NCBI GenBank assembly: GCA_002898935.1
Contig: BEII01000001.1
Coordinates: forward strand, 1 to 27,788
From: a bacterium HR32
GTDB lineage: Bacteria > Sysuimicrobiota > Sysuimicrobiia > Sysuimicrobiales > Sysuimicrobiaceae
DNA length: 27,788 nt
Reading direction: 5' to 3'
In this document: in pieces, positions 9,152-17,236 of the stretch
Layout of the letters: each line of letters starts with the position of its first letter
Numbering within the stretch: position 1 is the stretch's first letter
Position numbers and translations under genes: made by a program
The notes under the pieces: model-generated
Told to the model about the DNA's origin: nothing
What the model saw: the letters and a program-made list of their open reading frames with translations, nothing else
Databases searched by the model: none

Positions 9152-10375
9152 GTGAATAGAGAGATCCTCCCCCGCCACCTCCAGCGAAGGCTCGTTGACC
9201 ATCTCCGGGTCATGCCGGCCGTCGTCGTCACGGGCGCCCGGCAGACGGGCAAAAGTACCCTCGTGCAGAGGCTCGTACCGGGGCCACGCCGCTTCCTTTC
9301 GCTGGATGACCTCGACGTCGCAGACCTGGCCCGCCGGGACCCCGATGCCCTCCTCGGCGAGGATGGCCCCGTGACGCTGGACGAGGTCCAGCGGGAGCCC
9401 CAGCTCCTCTTGAGCATCAAGCGCGCCATCGACCGGGGACGCAGGCCCGGACGCTTCCTCCTCACCGGCTCCGCGAACCTCCTGCTCCTGCGCCGGGTCT
9501 CCGAGTCCCTGGCCGGACGGGCTAGCTACCTGACGTTGTGGCCCATGACCCGACGCGAACAACTCGGACAGGGGCGCTGCGGACTCTGGGAGGAGCTGTT
9601 GGCGGCCGACGAACGCGAGTGGATCGACCTCCTCCGGGAGGCCCGGACGGAGCGCGAGGACTGGAAGGCTCTCGCACGGCGTGGGGGATTCCCGGTCCCC
9701 GCGGTGCACATGCGGACTCAGGCAGAGCGCACGACCTGGTTCGAAGGGTATGTGCGGACCTACCTGGAGCGCGATCTCCAGCAGCTCTCGTCCATCTCAG
9801 CGCTGCCCGACTTCCGGCGCCTGATGTGGGCCGCCTCCCTGCGTCTCGGCCGGCTCCTGAACCAGACCGAACTGGCGCGCGACGTCGCCCTCCCGCAGGC
9901 GACCGCCCACCGGTACCTCAACCTGCTGGAGGTGTCCTTCCTGGTGGTCCGCCTCCCGGCTTACGCCCTGAGTCGTACGAAGCGGCTCATGAAGATGCCC
10001 AAACTCTACTGGGGGGACGTGGGGTTGGCCCTTCACCTCGCAGGTGAAGGGGAGCCCGAGGGGGCGCACTTGGAGAACCTGGTCCTCCTCGATCTCCTCG
10101 TGTGGCGGGAGAGCCGGCCGACGCGGACGGAGATCCTCCACTGGCGCACGGCCACGGGAGAGGAGGTGGACTTCGTGATCGAAACGGATCGGACGTTACT
10201 TCCGGTAGAAGTGAAGGCCACGGCACGCCCGCGTCTTGACGATGCGAGGGGGCTCTTGAGCTTCCGACGGGAATCCCCCCGGATCTCCCGTGCAGGTCTC
10301 CTCCTCCACACGGGGGATCGACTGGAGTGGTTGACCGAGCACATCCTCGCGGCCCCTTGGTGGATGGCCTGCTGA
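9152..10375 (+). CDS. AAA+ ATPase (AAA_14-like) with C-terminal DUF4143 PD-(D/E)XK-like domain
   Basis: Walker A GARQTGKS, Walker B VTLDEVQ, LLTGS, YLERD, PKLYWGDVG, C-terminal EVDFVI...VEVK. GTG 9152 preferred because TATAAT lies at 9139-9144; ATG 9134 is an alternative. Confidence 0.88.
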   Translation: MNREILPRHLQRRLVDHLRVMPAVVVTGARQTGKSTLVQRLVPGPRRFLSLDDLDVADLARRDPDALLGEDGPVTLDEVQREPQLLLSIKRAIDRGRRPGRFLLTGSANLLLLRRVSESLAGRASYLTLWPMTRREQLGQGRCGLWEELLAADEREWIDLLREARTEREDWKALARRGGFPVPAVHMRTQAERTTWFEGYVRTYLERDLQQLSSISALPDFRRLMWAASLRLGRLLNQTELARDVALPQATAHRYLNLLEVSFLVVRLPAYALSRTKRLMKMPKLYWGDVGLALHLAGEGEPEGAHLENLVLLDLLVWRESRPTRTEILHWRTATGEEVDFVIETDRTLLPVEVKATARPRLDDARGLLSFRRESPRISRAGLLLHTGDRLEWLTEHILAAPWWMAC

Positions 10376-10386
10376 GGGATCGGCTC

Positions 10387-11163
10387 TCAGTCTCCGGCCC
10401 GCGTGCCGCCCAGCCGCTCGGAGAGGGCGGACGCGATCCGCTGGATCTGGCGGCCGAGCTCGCGGAACCGCGCGGGTTTCGTCCGGGCCTTGACCATGCT
10501 GAACGCCACGCCTGCGCGACGCCCCCCGGAAGCCACCACAGGCGCTCCGAAGCAGCACATCCCTTCCACCGTCTCCTCGTCGTCCACCGAGTAGCCCCGA
10601 GCCCGGGTCCGCTCCAGCTCCCGCAGCAAAGACTCCAGCGTCGCGATGCTGTGGCGGGTGGGTCGCAGAAGCGGCGCGTCCCCGAAGAGCGCGCGCACCT
10701 CGTCTTCAGCGAGCGTGCTCAGGATTGCCTTCCCCGTGGCGGTCGTGTGCGCCGGCAGGCGCAGTCCGATGCGGTAGTTCACCGCAATGGGCTGGGTGCC
10801 GTTGCGGCAGGCCACGTACACCACCTCTCGACCGTCGAGCACCGACAGCACCAACGTCTCCTCGTGGTGCGGCACGAGCTCCTGGCAGGCTTCCGCGAAT
10901 GCACCGGATAGGTCGCTGGCCGCGTCGTAGGCCCTGTACAGCTCCAGCACCTTAAGCCCCAGCCGGAACCGACCGTCCGCGGAACGGGTCAGCAGCCGCT
11001 CCCGGACCAGGGTGGTCACCAGGTCGTGGGCGGTGCTCTTCGGGATGCGGAGCTCCCGCGCCAGCTCCCCCAAGCTCGGCGGCCGGGCCGCCCGGCCCAC
11101 CGCCTCCAGGATCCGCACCGCCCGCACCACAGAGGGCACCCCCACGTCCGACGCCCGTGCCAC
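10387..11163 (-). CDS. IclR-family transcriptional regulator
   Basis: SVVRAVRILE, HTH LGELARELRIPKSTAHDLVTTL, LPAHTTATGKA, RGYSVDDEE. GGAGGG RBS; GTG overlaps the iolC TAG. Confidence 0.93.
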   Translation of the reverse strand: MARASDVGVPSVVRAVRILEAVGRAARPPSLGELARELRIPKSTAHDLVTTLVRERLLTRSADGRFRLGLKVLELYRAYDAASDLSGAFAEACQELVPHHEETLVLSVLDGREVVYVACRNGTQPIAVNYRIGLRLPAHTTATGKAILSTLAEDEVRALFGDAPLLRPTRHSIATLESLLRELERTRARGYSVDDEETVEGMCCFGAPVVASGGRRAGVAFSMVKARTKPARFRELGRQIQRIASALSERLGGTRAGD

Positions 11164-12113
11164 TACAGCCCTCCCCGCTCCTCCACGAACCGGAGCGCTT
11201 CCTCCTCGTACGGCATGAAGTTGGCACACCCGTGCCGGGTCACCACGATGGCCCCGCAGGCGTTCCCGAACCGCGCGGCCCGGTACCAGTCCCAACCCCG
11301 GAGCCATCCGTACAGGAAGCCGCTGGCGAACGCGTCGCCCGCCCCGAGGACGTTGTACACCTCCACGGGGAACGGCTCCGCCTCCGCCGTCCCCTCGTGG
11401 CTGAACACCACCGAGCCCCGCCGTCCGCGCTTGACCACCACCGCCTCGGGCCCGGCGGCCAGCAGCCGCTCCGCGGCGGCCTCCACGCGGTCGTCCCCGC
11501 AGGCGGCCTCCACCTCCTCCTCCGTCCCGACCACCACGTGGGCGTACGCTGCGAGGAGCCTCGCGTTGACCCCGTACGCCCGGGCGTCCGGCCACAGCGT
11601 GGGCCGGTAGTCGAGGTCCAGGACCACGCGGGTACCGGTGGCCCGGGCCTGCTCGGCGGCGAACAGGGTCGCGGTGCGGCTCGGCTCCGCGCTGAGCCCC
11701 GTGCCCGTCACGAACAGCACGCGGCTCCGCCGTACGGGAGCCCGAAGGACGTCGTCGATGTCCAGGGCCAAGTCCGCGGCGTTGTCGCGGTAGAACACCA
11801 GGGGGAAACGGTCCGGTGGCTCGATCCCGAGCACCACCGCTGGAGTCCGACGCCCCGGCTTCCGGGGGATGAACCCCGTCTCGACCCCCTCCCGCCGGAG
11901 GAAGTGCAGGACGAAGTCGCCCACGGGGTCTTCCCCCACCGCGGTGAGCAGCGCGCTGCGCAGCCCCAGCCGCCGGGTGCCCACGCTCACGTTGGTGGGG
12001 CACCCGCCTACGTACGCGGCGAAGCTGCGGATCTCCACGAAGGGGGCGCCCACGTCGTTGCTGTACAGGTCCATCCCGCAGCGCCCCATGGCCAGGACGT
12101 CGAACTCACCCAC
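11163..12113 (-). CDS. iolC: 5-dehydro-2-deoxygluconokinase (PfkB family)
   Basis: GRCGMDLY, YVGGCPTNVSVG, FYRDNAADL, LDLDYRPTLW, LGAGDAFASGF. No fused aldolase-like C-terminal domain. Confidence 0.93.
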   Translation of the reverse strand: MGEFDVLAMGRCGMDLYSNDVGAPFVEIRSFAAYVGGCPTNVSVGTRRLGLRSALLTAVGEDPVGDFVLHFLRREGVETGFIPRKPGRRTPAVVLGIEPPDRFPLVFYRDNAADLALDIDDVLRAPVRRSRVLFVTGTGLSAEPSRTATLFAAEQARATGTRVVLDLDYRPTLWPDARAYGVNARLLAAYAHVVVGTEEEVEAACGDDRVEAAAERLLAAGPEAVVVKRGRRGSVVFSHEGTAEAEPFPVEVYNVLGAGDAFASGFLYGWLRGWDWYRAARFGNACGAIVVTRHGCANFMPYEEEALRFVEERGGL

Positions 12114-12993
12114 GGGGCTCCTCCGGCTCAGGACGGACTATGGGCACGCGGGGGTCGCGTTCCGTCCACGTGGCCTTCACCCACGCATGGGCCGGGTCCT
12201 CGGCGTTGGCCAGGCTCTGCGCGGAACCTGCCAGCACGTTCAGGTAGTAGCACGTGTAGCCGTAGGCCGCGCACACGGGGTGGTAGCCACTGGGCACCAG
12301 CACCAGGTCGTCCTGCTGGGCAACCACCGCCACGTCGAACGACCCGTCGTCGGCGTACACCCGCTGCAGCGCGAAGCCCTGGGGCGGGTCGAACTTGTAG
12401 AAGTACACCTCCTCCAGGTCCGCCTCGAGCAGCCTCCCTCCCTCGTCCACCCGGTGCCGGTCGTGCTTGTGCGGCGGGTAGCTGGACCAGTTGCCGCCGG
12501 GCGTGTACACCTCCACGCACACCAGCCGCTCGCACGGGAAGCCGGGCGGTAGGATGGCGTTGATCTGACGGGTGGCGTTGCGGCCCCCCCGCAGCTCCAC
12601 CTCCACCTCCCGGGGGGTCACCAGCCGCGGGGGGAAGCGACCCTCGGCGGGAGCCCACCCGTACGCCAGCTCTACCGGTCCTGCGGGTACCACCTCGAAG
12701 GCGGTGCGGGGCGGCAGGTACAGGGCGTACGGCATGCCGTCGAAGGGCGAAGCTCGCCTGCCCACCCCGTCCCAAACCCCGCGGTCCGACCGCACGGTGG
12801 CCCGGCCCCCCAGCCACACCAGCACCGCCTCGCACGCGCCGGTGGACGCACTCCACCGCTGCCCGGCCGCGAGGCGGCGGACCTCGAAGCCCAGCTGCTC
12901 CCACCCCGCCTCTTCGGGCGTCACCCGCACCACCACGCCGTCTGACGCGCCGCGGGGGCTCACGCGCAACCGGTCCGCTGTGATGCTGTGCAA
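12106..12993 (-). CDS. iolB: 5-deoxy-glucuronate isomerase
   Basis: EVYTPGGNWSSYPPHKHD, LEEVYFY, VPSGYHPV, YYLNVLAG. TTG start 7 nt after GGAGGTG (GTG 12999 is an alternative). Confidence 0.93.
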   Translation of the reverse strand: MHSITADRLRVSPRGASDGVVVRVTPEEAGWEQLGFEVRRLAAGQRWSASTGACEAVLVWLGGRATVRSDRGVWDGVGRRASPFDGMPYALYLPPRTAFEVVPAGPVELAYGWAPAEGRFPPRLVTPREVEVELRGGRNATRQINAILPPGFPCERLVCVEVYTPGGNWSSYPPHKHDRHRVDEGGRLLEADLEEVYFYKFDPPQGFALQRVYADDGSFDVAVVAQQDDLVLVPSGYHPVCAAYGYTCYYLNVLAGSAQSLANAEDPAHAWVKATWTERDPRVPIVRPEPEEPRG

Positions 12994-13023
12994 CCGCACC
13001 CACCTCCAGCTGTTCTCCTCGAG

Positions 13024-13029
13024 ATTGTA
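13024..13029 (-). promoter_or_regulatory. Putative -10 (TACAAT) for iolB-iolC-iclR
   Basis: TACAAT in the iolB/iolE divergent gap; no convincing -35. Confidence 0.35.
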
Positions 13030-13092
13030 GAGCACGCAGGGCCCGTGCACCGCACGGCGAATCCCCCGCAGAGGCGACAGGAGGTGAGCGGA

Positions 13093-13989
13093 GTGCAGGT
13101 AGCCGCTGCTCCCATCAGCTGGGGGGTGTGCGAGATCCCGGGCTGGGGTCCCCAACTGCCCTGGGAGCGGGTGCTGGACGAGATGGCCCAGGCGGGCTAC
13201 GAAGGTACGGAACTCGGCCCGTGGGGCTTCTTGCCCACCGAACCGGAGGGGTTGCGCGCCGCCCTCACCGCGCGCGGCCTCGCGTTGGTGGCCGCCTTCG
13301 TGCCCGTCCCCCTGCGGGAGGCCAGCCGCTTCGGAGAAGCGGAGGAGGAGACCCGGCGGGTGGCGGAACTGGTCGCACGGTGTGCGGGCAGCCTCGTGGT
13401 GCTCGCGGACGCAGGAGACGAGCTGCGGGCCCGCGTCGCGGGCCGTCCCGACCTCACGGCCACCTGCGGGATCCCGGAGGAGGAGTGGCCCGCCTACGGC
13501 GAGCGCGTGACGCGCCTGGCGGGGTTGGTGCGGCACCGCTACGGGCTGCGGGTGGCGTTCCATCCCCACGGCGGGACCTACGTGGAGAACGAGCGGGAAG
13601 TCGAGGCCCTCCTCGCCCACACCGAAGCACAGTCCGTGGGCCTGTGCCTGGACACCGGCCACCTGCTGTTCGGGGGCGCTGACCCCGTGGCGGTGTGCCG
13701 GCGCCACGCCCGCCGGGTGGCGCACGTCCACCTCAAGGACGTGGACGTCCCGCGGCTGCGCCAGCTCCTGTCGGCCGGTGCCACCTACGCGGACGCGGCC
13801 AAGTCCGGGACGTTCGTCGAGCTGGGCCGGGGCTCCCTGGACCTACCCGCGGTGGCCGCGGCGCTCCGGCAAGTCGGCTACGACGGCTGGCTGGTGGTGG
13901 AGCAGGACCGGGTCGTACGCGAGGACGACGACACCCTCACGCCAGCGGCGCGAAACCGGGAGGCGGTGCGGCGGGTTTTCGGGGTGTAG
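13093..13989 (+). CDS. iolE: Myo-inosose-2 dehydratase
   Basis: AAPISWGVCE, AGYEGTELG, FHPHGGTYVE, LCLDTGH, HVHLKDV, WLVVEQD; AGGAGGTG RBS. Confidence 0.9.
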   Translation: MQVAAAPISWGVCEIPGWGPQLPWERVLDEMAQAGYEGTELGPWGFLPTEPEGLRAALTARGLALVAAFVPVPLREASRFGEAEEETRRVAELVARCAGSLVVLADAGDELRARVAGRPDLTATCGIPEEEWPAYGERVTRLAGLVRHRYGLRVAFHPHGGTYVENEREVEALLAHTEAQSVGLCLDTGHLLFGGADPVAVCRRHARRVAHVHLKDVDVPRLRQLLSAGATYADAAKSGTFVELGRGSLDLPAVAAALRQVGYDGWLVVEQDRVVREDDDTLTPAARNREAVRRVFGV

Positions 13990-13992
13990 CCC

Positions 13993-14021
13993 TTGTCCCG
14001 CGGAGGGCCTCGCGCTACCAT
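13993..14021 (+). promoter_or_regulatory. Sigma70-type promoter for the FMN riboswitch/ribU transcript
   Basis: TTGTCC-N17-TACCAT, about 20 nt before the aptamer. Confidence 0.6.
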
Positions 14022-14040
14022 CTGGACGAACCAGCGAGCA

Positions 14041-14214
14041 CGACCTTCGGGGCAGGGTGAGGGGGCTGCACGGTCCCCAATTCCCGACCGGCGGTGGGCA
14101 CCGGGGTGACCCGGTGCGAGCCCGCGACCCGCGCACGGTCTGAGGCGCGGTGGACCCGGTGTGGCGCGCAGGTAAAGCCGGGGCCGACGGTACAGTCCGG
14201 ATGGGAGAAGGTCG
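14041..14214 (+). ncRNA. FMN riboswitch (RFN element) aptamer
   Basis: P1 CGACCTTC/GAAGGTCG; conserved blocks GGGGCAGGGTGA, AATTCCCGACCGGCGGT, AGCCCGCGA, CCGGGGCCGACGGTACAGTCCGGATGGGAGAAG; upstream of a RibU-like gene. Confidence 0.95.
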
Positions 14215-14280
14215 GTGGCGTGGCCGCGTCGTGCGCGCGGCGGATCGCGTCATCCGACGCCCCGGGGCGACTCTCCGGGG

Positions 14281-14324
14281 CCTTCTTGTTGGGTCCGTGC
14301 TCCGCTGGAAACCCAACGAGGAGG
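14281..14324 (+). promoter_or_regulatory. Riboswitch expression platform: SD-sequestering hairpin
   Basis: CCTTCTTGTTGGGT (14281-14294) pairs over 14 positions, including G-U, with ACCCAACGAGGAGG (14311-14324), which contains the ribU RBS. Confidence 0.75.
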
Positions 14325-14331
14325 GGTCGCG

Positions 14332-14913
14332 ATGCGCGTGCGTCGGACGGCTTCCCTGGCCATGCTCTCCGCGGTGGCCGCGTTGCTCATGCGGTTTGTG
14401 CAGTTCCCCATCGTGCCTGGAGCCCCCTACCTGAAGTTCGACCCGAGCGAGGTCCCAACCCTGCTGGCGGGGGTTCTGTACGGGCCCCCGGCCGCGGTCC
14501 TGGTGGCGTTGCTCAAGAATTTGGTGTACGTGCTCCTCTTCGGCAGCAGCACCGGCTGGGTGGGACCCTTCGCCAACTTCGCCGCGGTGGCGTTCTTCAC
14601 GGCCACGGCCGCCTGGGTCTACGGCCGGGAGCCCGACCTGCGGGGCCTGGCGAAGGGGGTGGCCCTCGGCGCCGTGGCCCGCACGGTCCTCATGGTGCCC
14701 GTCCTGCTCTTGGTGGTGCTGCCCGTGTTCTTCGACTACAGCCCCACGGACGTGGCCACGGTGCAGCGCCGCGTGCTGCCGCTCCTGTGGACCGCCTTTG
14801 TCCCCTTCAACCTCGCCACCAGCGTCGTGAACGGCGTCCTCACCCTGTGGCTGGTGGCCGCGGTGCGCGAGCGGCTGCCCGCGCTGCAGGAGGGACCCGC
14901 GGCCCGGCGCTAG
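14332..14913 (+). CDS. ribU: ECF transporter S component, riboflavin-specific
   Basis: YLKFDPSEVPTLL, VALLKNLVY, GPFANF, PFNL; several TM segments; FMN riboswitch upstream. Confidence 0.85.
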   Translation: MRVRRTASLAMLSAVAALLMRFVQFPIVPGAPYLKFDPSEVPTLLAGVLYGPPAAVLVALLKNLVYVLLFGSSTGWVGPFANFAAVAFFTATAAWVYGREPDLRGLAKGVALGAVARTVLMVPVLLLVVLPVFFDYSPTDVATVQRRVLPLLWTAFVPFNLATSVVNGVLTLWLVAAVRERLPALQEGPAARR

Positions 14914-15743
14914 GCGCTCGTGCCGAAGGGCCCCTCCAGCCGTGTCTGGAACAGCGCGAGGATCTGGGGGTGCAGCACCCCGTTGGTGGCGAGGGGACTG
15001 CGGGTGGTGACCGCGTACGGAGAGCCGTCCATGCCGGTGACCACGCCTCCCGCCTCGAGCACCATGAGCGCCCCTGCGGCCACGTCCCACGGGTTGAGGT
15101 CTGGCTCCCAGAAGGCGTCCAGCCGGCCTGCGGCCACGTAGCACAGGTTCAGGGCCGCGGAGCCCATCTGCCGCACGTCCTCCGCGAGCTTGAGCATGGT
15201 CACGATCTGCGGGAGGTTGTTCCCGGTGGTGCCGATGTCCGTGGGGGTCCCTGTGGCGACCAGGGCCTCCTGCAGCCGCGCGGTGCGCGACACCTCCAGC
15301 CGCCACAGCTGCTCCCCGCTCAAGAGCCACGCGCCGGCCCCGCGTTCGGCCACGAACAGCTCGTCCAGAGCGGGGTGGTACACCACGCCCAGCCGCACGT
15401 GCTCCCCTTCCGCCAGGGCCACGGAGATCCCGAACCACGGCAGGCGGTGGGCGAAGTTCGTGGTGCCGTCCAAGGGGTCCACGTACCAGCAGGGCGCGCC
15501 GTCCGCGCGGGCGCCGCGCCCCTCCTCCGCCACGACCCCGTGGTCGGGGAACGCCTCCCGCAGCCGCGAAACGATGCACGCCTCACTGGCGTGGTCGGCT
15601 TCGGTGACGGGGTTCACGGGCCCTTTGTAGCGGACCTCCCCGGGCTTTGGGGGGCGGGCGAAGTACGCCCGCAACACGTCCGCCGCCTCGCGCACCGCGC
15701 GCACGGCCACGTCCACGTAGGGAGAGAAGCGCGGCCGGTCCAC
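14910..15743 (-). CDS. suhB: Inositol monophosphatase family protein
   Basis: PVTEAD, AEEG, YVDPLDGTTNFAH, GSAALNLCYVAAG, WDVAAG. Confidence 0.9.
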   Translation of the reverse strand: MDRPRFSPYVDVAVRAVREAADVLRAYFARPPKPGEVRYKGPVNPVTEADHASEACIVSRLREAFPDHGVVAEEGRGARADGAPCWYVDPLDGTTNFAHRLPWFGISVALAEGEHVRLGVVYHPALDELFVAERGAGAWLLSGEQLWRLEVSRTARLQEALVATGTPTDIGTTGNNLPQIVTMLKLAEDVRQMGSAALNLCYVAAGRLDAFWEPDLNPWDVAAGALMVLEAGGVVTGMDGSPYAVTTRSPLATNGVLHPQILALFQTRLEGPFGTSA

Positions 15744-15748
15744 AGTCG

Positions 15749-16663
15749 CTAAACGCCCAAGGGGCGGCTCAGGGTCGCCAGGCGCACGGGCGAGACCACC
15801 CCTTCCTCCGTGATGTACGCGGTCACGAGCCGGTCCGGGGTTGGCTCGTACAGCACCGGGGACACCTCCACCCCCGGCGGGGGCACCCAGTCTGCCGCGA
15901 TGTCCTCGGGGGAACCCACCGCGCTCAGCACCGACTCGCCCCGCTGGGTGGGGGGCAGGATCTTGACGGTCTCCGTGGCCACGTAACTGCGGACCCCGTG
16001 GACGTGGGCGCAGGTCATGAGGGGTCGGGTGCCCACCTTGTTCACGAAGGTCCCCTCCAGGGACACCGCCTCCGCACCCGTGAGCACCGCGGCCGCCACG
16101 TCCATGTAGTACGCCATGGCCGCGTCCACGGTGAGGGTCACCGACACGCCCAGCTCCGCCAACGCCTGCGCCATCCGCCGCCCCTCCAGGAACGGACGCG
16201 CCTCGAACACCACCACGCTCAGGTCTGGGTTGTGCTGGAACAGCTCCTCCAGCACCGCGTACACCGTGCTGCTGTACGAGAGGGTTAGCACCACCTCGCA
16301 GTCCGCCAGCGCCTCGGCGCCGTGGTGCGCGATCCGGGCGTGGGACTCCGCCACGTGCGCGCGGTAGCCCCGCAGCCAGTCCGCCAGCTCCTCCCGCATC
16401 TGCCCGGCGGGGACGCGCTCCCGCTGCATCTCCGCGGCGAACTGCAGCATGCGGTACCGCAGGTTGTGCAGGGGTGCGGTGGTCGGCTTGCGGTCGGTGA
16501 TCTGGCGGGTGGCTTCGTCCAGCGCTTCCAGGAACGCACGGGCGTCTTGGTCCTGTCGCTCCCGCAGCCAGGCCTCCAGCGCCTCCGCGGCTGCCACCCC
16601 GATCTCGGTGGCGCTCTCCCGCGTCATCCCCTCGAGCGCCCGGAGCCGCTCCGCCCAGTCCAT
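15749..16663 (-). CDS. eIF-2B alpha/beta/delta-like protein (R15P isomerase/MtnA superfamily)
   Basis: KPTTAPL, VLTLSYSSTV, FEARPFLEG, LTVDAAM, TGAEAV, NKVGT, ATETVK, YEPTP, YITEEG. Confidence 0.85.
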   Translation of the reverse strand: MDWAERLRALEGMTRESATEIGVAAAEALEAWLRERQDQDARAFLEALDEATRQITDRKPTTAPLHNLRYRMLQFAAEMQRERVPAGQMREELADWLRGYRAHVAESHARIAHHGAEALADCEVVLTLSYSSTVYAVLEELFQHNPDLSVVVFEARPFLEGRRMAQALAELGVSVTLTVDAAMAYYMDVAAAVLTGAEAVSLEGTFVNKVGTRPLMTCAHVHGVRSYVATETVKILPPTQRGESVLSAVGSPEDIAADWVPPPGVEVSPVLYEPTPDRLVTAYITEEGVVSPVRLATLSRPLGV

Positions 16664-16756
16664 GTCCCCACCATCCTACCGGATCGGACCGACGCCTGGA
16701 TCCCGCCCGCGGAGGATTCCCCCCCGTTCCCGCCCAATCTGCGTCCTGTGGCAGCG

Positions 16757-17230
16757 GTGCGCGACGTCCGGATCCGGCCCGCGGAGGTGCGGGACCTGGC
16801 CGGGGTGGTGGAGCTGTGGGGCGAGCTGGCGCGGCTCCACGAGCGGCTGGACGGCGCCTTCGCCCTGAGCCGCACCTGGCGGAGGGCGTACGAGGAGTAC
16901 CTCAGCCACTTGCTCGGCCGGGAGGACGTGCTGGTGGTGGTGGCGGAGTCCCAGGGGGAGCTGGTGGGGCTCGCGGTCGGCCGCATCACCCTCCTGCCGG
17001 CCTTCTTTCGCCGTCGGCGGCGCGGCTACATCCAAGACGTGTACACCCGGGAGGGCTACCGGGGCCAGGGTCTGGGACGCGCCCTGGTGGCGCGGTTGGA
17101 GGCGTGGATGCGCGAACGGGGTGTACGGCGGGTGGAGCTGACCGTGGCCGTGGGCAACGCGCAGGCAGAAGCGTTCTGGGAGCGGTCCGGCTACCGAGCG
17201 TACATGGTGTACCGCGGCAAGGACCTGTAG
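16757..17230 (+). CDS. GNAT N-acetyltransferase
   Basis: GYIQDVYTREGYRGQGLGRALV acetyl-CoA motif A; AEAFWERSGY. Start uncertain (16748 or 16757). Confidence 0.88.
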   Translation: MRDVRIRPAEVRDLAGVVELWGELARLHERLDGAFALSRTWRRAYEEYLSHLLGREDVLVVVAESQGELVGLAVGRITLLPAFFRRRRRGYIQDVYTREGYRGQGLGRALVARLEAWMRERGVRRVELTVAVGNAQAEAFWERSGYRAYMVYRGKDL

Positions 17231-17236
17231 CGGGGC

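Noticed and set aside
9090-10390. IS/transposon origin for the AAA+ gene
   Set aside because: No transposase motifs, terminal inverted repeats or target-site duplication found by eye.
13010-13034. TGTTCT-N12-AGAGCA inverted repeat in the iolB/iolE gap as a second IclR site
   Set aside because: Arm spacing differs from the 18-bp palindrome at 9000 and the arms are short and imperfect.
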